Assembly (NCBI RefSeq): GCF_048267825.1
Contig: NZ_JBLWWR010000009.1
Location: forward strand, 27,443 to 91,442
DNA from: Pseudidiomarina sp.
GTDB lineage: Bacteria; Pseudomonadota; Gammaproteobacteria; Enterobacterales; Alteromonadaceae
Direction of reading: 5' to 3'
Length of the DNA stretch: 64,000 nucleotides
The notes under the pieces were generated by a model. That model saw nothing but the letters and a program-made list of their open reading frames with translations. It searched no databases and had not been told where the DNA came from. Positions 26,115 to 36,327 of this stretch are shown here, piece after piece. Every line of letters starts with the position of its first letter. Position 1 is the first letter of the stretch. Both the position numbers and the translations under genes were made by a program.

Positions 26115-27038
26115 CTACTGCATCCCCTTCAAAAACGCCACGACACTGCGCCCCAGCGAGCTATGGTCATAGCCACCTTCTAGCATCGCAACAATACGCC
26201 CTTCGCAATGTCGTTCAGCAAGCGCTTTCAGTTCCTGAGCTATCCAATGGTAGTCGGTTTCGGTTAGATTGAACTGCGCCATGTCGTCTTCCATATGTCC
26301 GTCGAAGCCCGCTGAAACCATAATCAGTTGCGGTTCAAAGGCATCAAGGGCGGGGAACCAGCGTTCGCGCACAGCGGCTTGCCAGGTGGGGCCATCACAG
26401 CCTGCGGGTAATGGAATATTGATCACCTCATGGCTAATGGTTTCCGTACCCGAATTCGGATACAAAGGGTGTTGAAACGAGCTGCAAAACAATACCCGCT
26501 CGTCGTTTAAAAAGATGTCTTCAGTGCCGTTACCGTGGTGCACATCGAAATCCACAATCGCCACGCGCTCAAGGCCATATTTATGCATGGCGTATGCGGT
26601 GGCCACCGCTACGTTATTGAAAATGCAAAACCCCATAGCGGCATCCCACGTGGCGTGGTGGCCGGGTGGCCGAACTGAGCAAAACGCGCGGCGGTTCTCG
26701 GCGGTAAACACTTCGTCGACCGCGCAGATGCCGCTGCCAGCAGCGTACAACGCAGCGCGCAGTGTGCCAGCTGTCATCATGGTGTCGGGGTCTAGCCAAA
26801 TGTGCTGATCGGGTTCGGTTGGTGCGCGATCAAACACGTCGTCTACGTAATTGGCGGCGTGCACGCGGAGTAAGTCTTCACGGTCGGCTGGCTCGGCATC
26901 TTTCTGGGTTAGCGCAAACTCCATGCCAGAGCGAATAATCTGATCATTAATGGCTGCAATACGTGCCGGCTCTTCTGGGTGTACTTCTGAAACGCGATGC
27001 AAACTGCAATATTGGTGACTAAATACGGTTATCGACAT
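26115..27038 (-). CDS. Histone deacetylase-family (class II HDAC / acetylpolyamine amidohydrolase-like) protein
   Basis: Contains the zinc-deacetylase motifs RPPGHHA, DFDVHHGNGTEDIF and GFDGH. Confidence 0.85.
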   Translation of the reverse strand: MSITVFSHQYCSLHRVSEVHPEEPARIAAINDQIIRSGMEFALTQKDAEPADREDLLRVHAANYVDDVFDRAPTEPDQHIWLDPDTMMTAGTLRAALYAAGSGICAVDEVFTAENRRAFCSVRPPGHHATWDAAMGFCIFNNVAVATAYAMHKYGLERVAIVDFDVHHGNGTEDIFLNDERVLFCSSFQHPLYPNSGTETISHEVINIPLPAGCDGPTWQAAVRERWFPALDAFEPQLIMVSAGFDGHMEDDMAQFNLTETDYHWIAQELKALAERHCEGRIVAMLEGGYDHSSLGRSVVAFLKGMQ

Positions 27039-27041
27039 ACT

Positions 27042-28913
27042 TCACTCGCTGTCTTTAGAAACGTCATTTAAATTGAGTTGTAAATACACCTCACCCGGTT
27101 CTTCTGAAGGTTTACGAACAAACCCCGCACGCTCAAACACCGCCAGCATTTTGCCATTTTCAGAACGCACATAAGCCATCATGCGTTCAAGGCCACGCTC
27201 GCGCGCAATGCGCTTCATTTCTTCCAATAAGCGGGTTGCCATACCTTTACCATGCTGAGTTTCGCGCGTAACGAAGGCAACTTCACAGCTTTTTTCGTCG
27301 TGTAGCAGGTAATAGCGACCAACGGCTTGAATCTGTGCCATCGAGCCCTTTTGCCGCACAATACACAGCGCTAAATCGCGCGACTGGTCAACACTCACCA
27401 AGGTGCATGATTTCTCACGGCTCATCTGGGTTGGCACTGTGTTGTAGCGCATTTGCAGGGTTTCTTTGGTGTGCGAGTAGAAAAACTCTTGCAGACGCCG
27501 CTCGTCACTTGGGTTGAGTGGGCGCAAGTCAAAAAACTCGCCATTAATCACAATTTCTTTAAACCCAACAGGGCCAAGCTCGGGCACTTCAACGGAATGC
27601 AAAACTTGGTAGTGGGGCACGTAGTAGTGTTTACGCACTTCTTCGAGCAATTGCTGACGGAATTTGGGGTGGGCAACACGAATGAGCTCAAGGGCGCGCT
27701 CGCGAATGCTTTTGCCGCGCAGCGACGCCACGCCAAATTCAGTCACCACGTAATACACATGGGCGCGTGATGTGGCCACACCGGCGCCTTCGGTAATAAA
27801 CGGCACAATACGCGATACGGTGCCGTCTTTCGCGGTAGAAGGCAGCGCAATGACAGGTTTACCGCCAGGGCTCATGCTGGCGCCGCGGGTAAAATCAACA
27901 TGCCCGCCGATACCGCTATATAAGTGGTGCCCAATGGAATCAGAAACCACTTGCCCGGTTAAATCGACTTCTATGGCGCTGTTTATCGAAACCATTTTTT
28001 CATTGCGGGCAATGTTCGCCGGCGAGTTCACATACTCCGAAGGGTAGAAGCCAATGTGCGGGTTATTGTTCACAAAGTCATAAAGCTTCTTGGTGCCGAT
28101 GCAAAAGCTGGTCACGGCTTTATGCTGGTGATAGGTTTTTTTACGGTTATTAATCACGCCACTCAGCATCAGTTCCATAATGCCGTCGGTAATGAGCTCG
28201 CTGTGCAGGCCTAAGTCTTTGTGGTTACTTAAATACCGTAAAACCGCGTCACAGATTTTACCAAAGCCAATTTGAATGGTGGCACCATCTTCCACCAGCA
28301 ATGAAACGTACTGGCCGATGCGCTCGGTCACAGCGTCAAGCTCCGGCGCTGAAATTTCGGGCAGCTCTTGCTCGGCCTCAAAAAACGCATCTATTTGGCC
28401 TTTATGAATAAAGGCTTGGCCGAAGGTTACCGGCATTTTCGGGTTCACTTGCGCGATAACTTTTTTCGCTGAGCGCAGCGCCGACGAAACAATATCCACC
28501 GACACGCCCAGCGAATGGTAGCCGTACTGATCGGCAGGGCTGACCATAATAAGCGCCGCGTCTAAGGGTAAAATATCTTCACTAAATAACGACGGAATAT
28601 CAGACATAAAGGCTGGCGTATAATCGGCACGGCCTTCGGCGACGGCTTTTCGCACTTTTTCGCCGCCGATAAACAGGGAATTCACTTTAAAGTTTTGGCT
28701 GTACTCGGGGTTCACCCAGTGGTTGTCACCCAGTGCGTAAATTTGAATGATTTCAATATCATGAAAGTGCTGACAATGGTCAGTCAGATCATGTAGCAGG
28801 GCGTGGGGCACCGCGGCGTGTGTGCCAATAAATATTCGGTCGCCCGACTTGAGTAAATTTTCCCATTGTACCTGTTGGCCATTAACGATTAACTGGCGCT
28901 CAGTGCCACTCAT
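27042..28913 (-). CDS. Acetyl-CoA hydrolase/transferase-family domain fused to a C-terminal GNAT acetyltransferase
   Basis: 623 aa. The N-terminal ~430 aa resemble acetyl-CoA hydrolase/transferase (..INSAIEVDLTGQV.SDS.G....SGIGG..DF.RGA). The C-terminus VAFVTRETQHGKGMATRLLEEM..IARERGLERM is a GNAT acetyl-CoA-binding motif. Confidence 0.75.
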   Translation of the reverse strand: MSGTERQLIVNGQQVQWENLLKSGDRIFIGTHAAVPHALLHDLTDHCQHFHDIEIIQIYALGDNHWVNPEYSQNFKVNSLFIGGEKVRKAVAEGRADYTPAFMSDIPSLFSEDILPLDAALIMVSPADQYGYHSLGVSVDIVSSALRSAKKVIAQVNPKMPVTFGQAFIHKGQIDAFFEAEQELPEISAPELDAVTERIGQYVSLLVEDGATIQIGFGKICDAVLRYLSNHKDLGLHSELITDGIMELMLSGVINNRKKTYHQHKAVTSFCIGTKKLYDFVNNNPHIGFYPSEYVNSPANIARNEKMVSINSAIEVDLTGQVVSDSIGHHLYSGIGGHVDFTRGASMSPGGKPVIALPSTAKDGTVSRIVPFITEGAGVATSRAHVYYVVTEFGVASLRGKSIRERALELIRVAHPKFRQQLLEEVRKHYYVPHYQVLHSVEVPELGPVGFKEIVINGEFFDLRPLNPSDERRLQEFFYSHTKETLQMRYNTVPTQMSREKSCTLVSVDQSRDLALCIVRQKGSMAQIQAVGRYYLLHDEKSCEVAFVTRETQHGKGMATRLLEEMKRIARERGLERMMAYVRSENGKMLAVFERAGFVRKPSEEPGEVYLQLNLNDVSKDSE

Positions 28914-29026
28914 GTCTGTGTCCTTATGTCACAACGGCGATTAAGCCAGTATAAACATAATTTTGGCTTCCGCGAAATTGGCGCTATGCTGTAGCTCGTC
29001 ATATCAAAAACTATAAGAACAAAAGC

Positions 29027-30262
29027 ATGACAGATATCACACAATCTTCCCGGTTACGTGCTATTGGCCCTGGTGTCATTCTGGCGGCTGCGGCTGTTGG
29101 CGCGTCTCATTTAGTTGCTTCCACACAAGCCGGTGCGCTATTCGGCTGGCAGCTGTGGTGGGTCATTTTGCTGGTTAACGTACTCAAATACCCATTCTTC
29201 CGTTTTGCGGTTTCGTACACCTTGCAGCACAACGAGAGTTTAATTGCCGGGTACCATCGCAAAGGGCGCTTTTACCTGTGGGCATTTACCGCACTCAACT
29301 TGGTTGCGGCGGTGGTCAATACCGCCGGCGTGCTGCTGCTAACGGCAAGCCTATTGCAGCTATTTATTCCGCAATTATCGACCACCGTGCTGAGTTGGTT
29401 AATTCTAGTGAGCTGTTGGTTGATTCTACTGGGCGGGCAATATCGCACCTTGGATAAACTGTCGAAGTGGATCATGGCAAGTTTAAGTATCGCGACGGTT
29501 ATTGCCGTTGGCATTGCTTGGTGGAACGCGGTGCCGCCGCCCGCAGACTTTGTTGCGCCTTCGCCATGGAAGTTGTCCGCATTGGCGTTTCTGGTCGCCA
29601 TGGTGGGCTGGATGCCCGTACCCATTGAGCTCTCTGCCATTAGTTCACTGTGGCTGCGCAGCAAACAAAAGCTCACCCAAGTAACGCTGGCCCATGGTTT
29701 GTTTGATTTCAATTTAGGTTATTGGGTTACCGCCGCATTGGCATTGTTGTTCTTAGCACTGGGCGCCTTGGTGCAATTTGGCAGTGACCAACCCATTGCC
29801 ATGGCGGGTAGCCAATTCGCCAGCCAGTTTGTCAGCATGTACGGCAGTACAATAGGGCAGTGGTCGGAATATTTAGTGGGTGCGATAGCCTTTCTCTGTA
29901 TGTTTGGTACAACCTTGGCGGTGCTGGATGGCTACGCAAGAACCTTGCGCGAGAGTCAGCGCTTGCTGCTACCCAAATCCACCACCCGTAAGCCCAACCG
30001 ACCTTTTCCGCTCAATATTTGGATAATCGGGCAGTCTATTGCGGGCATGTTGGTGATTATGTATTTCAAAAGTGCGCTGGGGCCTATGCTGACATTCGCC
30101 ATGACCCTGGCCTTTTTAACCACGCCATTTTTTGCGTGGTTGAACTTTCAATTGGCAAAACGCCGGCCCATGTCGCGGCTTCTTAACGTCTATGCGTGGG
30201 TAGGTTTAGTCTATCTTGCAGGCTTTGCCTTGGGTTATTTGTATTATCTTTTGATGTCGTAA
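29027..30262 (+). CDS. Nramp-family-like divalent metal cation transporter
   Basis: 411 aa and polytopic. The N-terminus LRAIGPGVILAAAAVGASHLVASTQAGALFG is typical of the Nramp/MntH superfamily. Confidence 0.65.
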   Translation: MTDITQSSRLRAIGPGVILAAAAVGASHLVASTQAGALFGWQLWWVILLVNVLKYPFFRFAVSYTLQHNESLIAGYHRKGRFYLWAFTALNLVAAVVNTAGVLLLTASLLQLFIPQLSTTVLSWLILVSCWLILLGGQYRTLDKLSKWIMASLSIATVIAVGIAWWNAVPPPADFVAPSPWKLSALAFLVAMVGWMPVPIELSAISSLWLRSKQKLTQVTLAHGLFDFNLGYWVTAALALLFLALGALVQFGSDQPIAMAGSQFASQFVSMYGSTIGQWSEYLVGAIAFLCMFGTTLAVLDGYARTLRESQRLLLPKSTTRKPNRPFPLNIWIIGQSIAGMLVIMYFKSALGPMLTFAMTLAFLTTPFFAWLNFQLAKRRPMSRLLNVYAWVGLVYLAGFALGYLYYLLMS

Positions 30263-30394
30263 CGATGTCGCATTGACGTCGCAACGAATGTCACCGTCGT
30301 GACCATCTTGAAAATCGGTGCGTTTGGCTCACTGACCTTGAGCTTTGCACCCGTATTGCATTAAATGGAAGCACGATAAAAACGAGAGGAAGTA

Positions 30395-31918
30395 ATGATG
30401 AAGGGCATGAAGCATCTAATTTTAGCTGCGATGATGAGTTCAAGCTTGGTTGCTACCGCAACTGAATTTGAATTACCTGAAGCAAAAATGAAAGCCGATG
30501 ATGTTGTGGTGACTGAGCACAGCACCAATATCAATGGGCAACGATTCAAATACACCGCCACCACCGGAACACAACCGGTGTTCAATGAAAACGGCGAAGC
30601 GACAGCCGCATTATTCTTTACCTATTATGAGCGTCAAGACGTTAAAAACCGCGAAGATCGTCCGCTGCTGATTTCATTTAATGGCGGACCAGGTTCAGCG
30701 TCTGTATGGATGCACATTGCTTACACGGGCCCGAAGTCATTGCGCGTAGATGATGAAGGTTTCCCAATCATGCCATACGGCGTAAAAGATAACCCACACT
30801 CAGTACTTGATGTTGCGGATATCGTGTTTGTAAACCCAGTGAACACCGGCTACTCGCGTCCGTTGCCAAAGAAAGACGGCACCGAGTACTCACGTGACGA
30901 ACTGCAAAAAATGTTCTTTGGCGTTAATGCTGACGTGAAATACCTGGCTGACTGGGTAAACACCTTTGTAACGCGTCATGAACGCTGGCGCTCACCGAAG
31001 TACCTGATTGGCGAAAGTTACGGCACCACGCGGGTTTCTGGCCTGGCACTTGAGCTGCAAAACCGCCAGTGGATGTACCTTAACGGCGTCGTATTAGTGT
31101 CACCAACGGATATCGGCATTGAGCGCGATGGTCCGGTAAAAGCGGCGAACCGCTTGCCTTACTTTGCTGCCGCAGCTTGGTACCACAATGCGCTAAACAG
31201 CGACTTGCTGAAAAAAGACTTACTTGAATTACTTCCTGAAGTTGAGCAATACACGTTAAATGTGTACCTGCCAGCGTTGGCTAAAGGCGCGTTACTGCCT
31301 GCAGCTGAAAAAGAAGAAGTTGCTGAGCAAGTTGCCAAATATTCAGGTTTGGATAAGCAAACCGTGATGCGCGCAAACTTGGATATCAGCACCTCATTTT
31401 TCTGGAAAGAATTATTGCGTGATCGCAGCCAAACCATCGGTCGCCTCGATTCGCGTTACTTAGGTATTGATAAAGACGATGTGGGTTCACGCCCAGATTA
31501 CAACTCTGAGTTAACCTCGTGGTTGCATTCGTTCACGCCGGCTATCAACTATTACTTGCGTGAAGAGCTGAAGTTTAAAACCGACGTGAAATACAACATG
31601 TTTGGTCCGGTGCACCCGTGGGATCGCAGCAATAACAATACCGGTGAAAACCTACGTCAAGCTATGGCGCAAAACCCATACCTGAACGTACTAATTCAGT
31701 CGGGCTACTACGACGGCGCAACCAACTACTTTGATGCCAAATATAATATGTGGCACATCGACCCAAGCGGCAAAATGGCTGATCGTATTGGTTTTAAAGG
31801 CTATCGCAGCGGTCACATGATGTATTTGCGTGCAGAAGATTTGAAGCTTTCAAATGACGACTTGCGCGAATTCATCAAAGCGACTATTCCTGCAAAGGAC
31901 GAAGCCGCGAAATATTAA
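30395..31918 (+). CDS. Secreted peptidase S10 (serine carboxypeptidase) family protein
   Basis: Has a signal peptide, then FNGGPGSAS and the catalytic-serine motif IGESYGT. Confidence 0.8.
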   Translation: MMKGMKHLILAAMMSSSLVATATEFELPEAKMKADDVVVTEHSTNINGQRFKYTATTGTQPVFNENGEATAALFFTYYERQDVKNREDRPLLISFNGGPGSASVWMHIAYTGPKSLRVDDEGFPIMPYGVKDNPHSVLDVADIVFVNPVNTGYSRPLPKKDGTEYSRDELQKMFFGVNADVKYLADWVNTFVTRHERWRSPKYLIGESYGTTRVSGLALELQNRQWMYLNGVVLVSPTDIGIERDGPVKAANRLPYFAAAAWYHNALNSDLLKKDLLELLPEVEQYTLNVYLPALAKGALLPAAEKEEVAEQVAKYSGLDKQTVMRANLDISTSFFWKELLRDRSQTIGRLDSRYLGIDKDDVGSRPDYNSELTSWLHSFTPAINYYLREELKFKTDVKYNMFGPVHPWDRSNNNTGENLRQAMAQNPYLNVLIQSGYYDGATNYFDAKYNMWHIDPSGKMADRIGFKGYRSGHMMYLRAEDLKLSNDDLREFIKATIPAKDEAAKY

Positions 31919-31936
31919 TGAATGAGGAGATGACCC

Positions 31937-32098
31937 ATGGCCGATTTTATTCGAATTATCATTGCCATTTTACTGCCACCTCTTGGGGTGTTCTTGCAAG
32001 TAGGTATTGGTAAGCACTTCTGGATTAATATCCTGCTTACTTTGTTGGGCTATATTCCAGGCATCGTGCATGCCGTGTGGGTCATCGCTAAAAAATAA
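31937..32098 (+). CDS. Pmp3/YqaE-family small membrane proteolipid (53 aa, absent from the ORF track)
   Basis: MADFIRIIIAILLPPLGVFLQVGIGKHFWINILLTLLGYIPGIVHAVWVIAKK carries the family signature LPPLGV....G....F.IN..LT.LG.IPG..HA. An RBS GAGGAG lies upstream. Confidence 0.85.
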   Translation: MADFIRIIIAILLPPLGVFLQVGIGKHFWINILLTLLGYIPGIVHAVWVIAKK

Positions 32099-32117
32099 TT
32101 AAATTAAAGGTTTTGTC

Positions 32118-35100
32118 ATGAAAAAATTATCTACGCTGGCCGTTGCGGTCAGCGTTGCACTTTCATTTTCACATTCAGCACAAGCTCAAACCGAAACGGA
32201 TTGGGATGTGAACAACCCTCAGGGCGAGTTCAAGGACATTCAGATTAAAACCTCTGAAGGTACTTGGATGAATGTCGACATGAGCCCGGATGGCAAACAT
32301 ATTGTGTTTGATATGCTTGGCGACATATATCGCATTTCATCAACCGGCGGCGATGCTGAGTTACTGGTCGGTGGTATTGCGTGGAATATGCAGCCTGTGT
32401 ACTCGCCAGACGGCAAATACATTGCCTACACCTCTGATGCTGACGGTGGCGATAACATCTGGGTCATGGATGCTGATGGCAGCAATCCGCGCCAAGTAAC
32501 CGATGAAACGTTTCGCTTGTTAAACAGCCCTGCGTGGAGCCCGGATAGCGAATTTATCGTGGCCCGTAAGCACTTTACCGCGCGTCGTTCACTGGGTGCG
32601 GGTGAAGTTTGGATGTATCACCGCTCAGGTGGTTCAGGCGTTATGCTAACCGAACGCGCGAATGACCAGAAAGATTTGGGCGAGCCGGCATTTTCGCCAG
32701 ATGGCCGTTATATCTATTTCTCACAAGACGACACGCCAGGCAAAACATTCCATTACAGCAAAGATTCGCTTGAAGGCATTTATGAAATTAAACGCTTTGA
32801 CCGCGAAACTGGCGACATTGATGTCATTTTAAGTGGCGCGGGCGGTGCAATTCGTCCAACACCGTCACCTGATGGTAAGCATTTGGCGTACATCAAGCGC
32901 GAAGACTTTAATAGCGTACTTTATTTGTACAATTTAGAGTCGGGCGAAAAAACGCGGCTGTATAGCCAGCTTGATCGCGACATGCAAGAAACATGGGCCA
33001 TACATGGTGTATACCCAACCATGGACTGGACGCCAGACAGCAAAAAAATGGTGTTCTGGGCTGACGGTAAAATCATGCAAATTGATGTGGAAAGCCGCAG
33101 CACCCGCGTGATTCCGTTTAGCGTTGAAACCACCAAAAAAGTACAGCATGCACTGCATTTTGAAACCAATCTTGATCAAGATAAGTTCAAAGTGAAAATG
33201 CTACGCATGGTGCAAGTTGCGCCAAACGCGAAACAAGCTGTATTTGAAGCCTTGGGCAAGCTCTATGTGCGTAGCCTGCCGAATGGCGAGCCGAAGCGTT
33301 TAACTAACCGTGACGGCGCTTGGGAGCTTTATCCGAGCTACTCGCGTGACGGTAGCAAATTAATTTACACCACCTGGGATGATCAAGAGCAAGGACAACT
33401 AATTGTTCGTGATTTGAAATCAGGTAAAGAAACAGTACTGCCAACAGGCAAAGGCAAATTTGTTGAGCCGGTATTTAGCCCTGATGGCAAATCTGTGGTG
33501 TATCGCAAATTGCGTGGTGGTTATATCACGGCCGAAACCTACGGTTTGAACCCGGGTGTTTACCACTTGAGTTTGGATAAAAACGCCGAGCCACGTTTAA
33601 TCAATGAAAATGGCAGCTCGCCGCAGTTCGGTGCGCGCAATGATCGTGTTTATCTGATGGCGTTTGACGGTTCACCGTCATTGATTAGCGTGGATTTAAC
33701 CACCAAAGAATCGCGCACGTTATACAGCGCCGAACATGCAACGGAATTCCGCGTGTCACCAGACGGCCAACATCTGGCTTTTGCAGAGCGGTTTAAAGTG
33801 TTCGTAACGCCGTTTGTTGAGCGTGGTGCACCAATTAAAATTAGCCCAACGGATAAGCAGTTCCCAGTGGAGCAGCTGTCCGTTCGTGCCGGTGAAAATA
33901 TTTCCTGGAGTGGCGATGGTCAGGCCTTGTATTGGTCACTTGGCCCTGAGTTGTACCATGCGTCTGTAAACGGCCTGTTCGGAATTGATGGCGATTCAGA
34001 ATTCGAACAAGTGGCGAATGGTCTTGATATTAGCTTTGATGCCGATGCTGGCATTCACGACGAAACGGTCGCGTTTGTTGGCGGGCAAGTCATTACCATG
34101 GAAGGCGACCAAGTGATTGAGCGTGGCGCTGTTGTGGTTAAAGGTAACAAGATTGTGGCTGTCGGTAGCGTTGACGATGTGAACGTACCAAGTGGCGCAA
34201 CGGTTATCGATACCACCGGTAAAACGGTCATGCCTGGTTTGTTCGATGGCCATGCGCATGGTCCGCAGGGTGACAACGAGATTATTCCAGAGCAAAACTG
34301 GAAAACTTACGCCACCTTAGCGTTCGGTGTTACGTCAATTCATGACCCGTCAAATGATACCACTGAAATTTTTGCAGCCAGTGAGCTACAAAAAGCAGGC
34401 TTGATTGCTGCACCGCGAACCTTCTCCACCGGTACGATTTTGTACGGTGCCAATGGTCCGGGCTACACCGCGCATGTTGATGATTTGGAAGACGCCAAGT
34501 TCCACCTTGAACGCTTGCAAAAAGTTGGTGCGTTCTCAGTGAAAAGCTACAACCAACCGCGCCGTAATCAACGTCAGCAAATCATTCAGGCTGGTCGTGA
34601 ATTGGGCATGATGGTTGTGCCAGAAGGCGGTTCATTGCTGCAACATAACTTAAGCATGATTGCTGATGGCCACACCACGGTTGAGCATTCGATTCCAGTT
34701 GCGAAAATCTATGACGATATTGAGCAGTTCTGGAGCCAAACGGACGTCAATTACACGCCAACGCTTGGCGTTGCCTATGGCGGCATTTGGGGTGAGAACT
34801 ACTGGTACGCTGAAACCGATGTATGGGCGCATCCAAAACTGTCTAAGTTTGTTCCGCAGGACGCTTTGGTGAATTCTGTGCGCCGTGAAAAAGCGCCACA
34901 CAATCACTACAACCACTTTAATAACGCCGACGTTGCCAAACAGTTGCAAGACCTTGGCGTGGATGTGGTTGCTGGCGCGCACGGTCAACGTGAAGGCCTG
35001 GCGCAACATTGGGAAATTTGGATGATGGCGCAAGGTGGCATGACGCCACTGCAAGCACTGGCAACATCAACCATTAACCCAGCCAAAGAGTTCGGTATGG

Positions 35101-35291
35101 ATAAATACATTGGCTCGCTGAAAGAAGGGAAGCTTGCGGATATTATCGTGATTGACGGTAATCCGTTGGCAGACATTTCAGTGACTGATCGTGTTACCCA
35201 CACCATGGTAAACGGCCGTTTATTTGATGCCGAAACCATGAACCAGTTGGTGCCAAAAGCTGAGCCACGTAAAGCGTTTTTCTGGGAATAG
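32118..35291 (+). CDS. Secreted TolB-like beta-propeller repeats fused to a C-terminal amidohydrolase domain
   Basis: 1057 aa with a signal peptide. It has repeated SPDGK/SPDG..(I/L)A(Y/F) propeller blades, then MPGLFDGHAHG and GKLADIIVIDGNPL of the amidohydrolase fold. Confidence 0.8.
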   Translation: MKKLSTLAVAVSVALSFSHSAQAQTETDWDVNNPQGEFKDIQIKTSEGTWMNVDMSPDGKHIVFDMLGDIYRISSTGGDAELLVGGIAWNMQPVYSPDGKYIAYTSDADGGDNIWVMDADGSNPRQVTDETFRLLNSPAWSPDSEFIVARKHFTARRSLGAGEVWMYHRSGGSGVMLTERANDQKDLGEPAFSPDGRYIYFSQDDTPGKTFHYSKDSLEGIYEIKRFDRETGDIDVILSGAGGAIRPTPSPDGKHLAYIKREDFNSVLYLYNLESGEKTRLYSQLDRDMQETWAIHGVYPTMDWTPDSKKMVFWADGKIMQIDVESRSTRVIPFSVETTKKVQHALHFETNLDQDKFKVKMLRMVQVAPNAKQAVFEALGKLYVRSLPNGEPKRLTNRDGAWELYPSYSRDGSKLIYTTWDDQEQGQLIVRDLKSGKETVLPTGKGKFVEPVFSPDGKSVVYRKLRGGYITAETYGLNPGVYHLSLDKNAEPRLINENGSSPQFGARNDRVYLMAFDGSPSLISVDLTTKESRTLYSAEHATEFRVSPDGQHLAFAERFKVFVTPFVERGAPIKISPTDKQFPVEQLSVRAGENISWSGDGQALYWSLGPELYHASVNGLFGIDGDSEFEQVANGLDISFDADAGIHDETVAFVGGQVITMEGDQVIERGAVVVKGNKIVAVGSVDDVNVPSGATVIDTTGKTVMPGLFDGHAHGPQGDNEIIPEQNWKTYATLAFGVTSIHDPSNDTTEIFAASELQKAGLIAAPRTFSTGTILYGANGPGYTAHVDDLEDAKFHLERLQKVGAFSVKSYNQPRRNQRQQIIQAGRELGMMVVPEGGSLLQHNLSMIADGHTTVEHSIPVAKIYDDIEQFWSQTDVNYTPTLGVAYGGIWGENYWYAETDVWAHPKLSKFVPQDALVNSVRREKAPHNHYNHFNNADVAKQLQDLGVDVVAGAHGQREGLAQHWEIWMMAQGGMTPLQALATSTINPAKEFGMDKYIGSLKEGKLADIIVIDGNPLADISVTDRVTHTMVNGRLFDAETMNQLVPKAEPRKAFFWE

Positions 35292-35340
35292 ACCATAGTC
35301 GCATCACGCAATTGATGTATCTCAGAAAAATTATGTCTAT

Positions 35341-35378
35341 AATCCCGCTATATTCTTATAGCGGGATTTATTTTTTTT
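35341..35378 (+). terminator. Rho-independent terminator
   Basis: AATCCCGCTAT-attctt-ATAGCGGGATT followed by TATTTTTTTT. It abuts the next ATG. Confidence 0.75.
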
Positions 35379-36314
35379 ATGAATAACATTAAAGACATTG
35401 ATCTTAACTTACTGGTCTATCTTGATGTGCTGCTACGCGAGCGCAATGTCACCAAAGCCGCCGCGCAGTTAAATATCACGCAACCCGCCATGAGTAATGG
35501 CTTGAAACGCCTACGCACACTACTTAATGACCCTATTTTGGTGCGCACCAGCGAGGGCATGCTGCCCACAGAAACAGCGCTGCGCATGCAAGAACCGGTA
35601 CGCCAAATTCTCTATTCTGTGGAGGAAATGGTGCAGCCAGCACGCGATTTTGATGCGGCCACCAGTGACCGCGTATTTCGTATTATGGCGTCAGACTACG
35701 CCGCTTCCACCCTGATGCCGCGCTTGCTGGAAAAGTTAAAGCAGCAGGCCCCGCATGTGGCACTGGATATCATGACACCCAGCGACATTAGTTTTCATGA
35801 CGTTGAAAACGGTAAAGTTGACCTCGCGATAAACCGCTTTGAAAAGCTACCGCAGTCGTTTCACCAGAAAAATCTGTGGGAAGATGACTTCAGTTGCTTG
35901 GTGCGTAAAGACCATCCGTTGGTTGCCAGCGCTACGTTAGAAAGCTATTTAAAGGGCGAGCATGTGTGGGTGAGTAAAACTGGCTTTGGCGTTGGTGTGG
36001 GAATGGATCCGCACGATGTACAAAAGCTGGGTTGGGTTGATGAAGCGCTGGGTAAGTTGGGCCACAAGCGAGAAATTCGTGTATTTACCCGTAACTACCA
36101 TGTGGCGATGCACTTAGCGCGACAGGGGTTAATAGCTACCTTGCCAACGCAAGCGGCAACACTCTATAAAGACGACGATGAATTGGTCATGATCAAGCCG
36201 CCGTTTGCCATTCCGGCGCTAGAGCTAACCATGATTTGGAGCCCTTTATTGCAACACGATGCGGGGCATCGTTGGTTCCGCCAGCTGATTACTGACACTG
36301 CGGCCTATCAGTAG
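35379..36314 (+). CDS. LysR-family transcriptional regulator
   Basis: DLNLLVYLDVLLRERNVTKAAAQLNITQPAMSNGLKRLR is a LysR HTH. The gene lies 13 nt upstream of aceK. Confidence 0.85.
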   Translation: MNNIKDIDLNLLVYLDVLLRERNVTKAAAQLNITQPAMSNGLKRLRTLLNDPILVRTSEGMLPTETALRMQEPVRQILYSVEEMVQPARDFDAATSDRVFRIMASDYAASTLMPRLLEKLKQQAPHVALDIMTPSDISFHDVENGKVDLAINRFEKLPQSFHQKNLWEDDFSCLVRKDHPLVASATLESYLKGEHVWVSKTGFGVGVGMDPHDVQKLGWVDEALGKLGHKREIRVFTRNYHVAMHLARQGLIATLPTQAATLYKDDDELVMIKPPFAIPALELTMIWSPLLQHDAGHRWFRQLITDTAAYQ

Positions 36315-36327
36315 CGCGCACGATACC

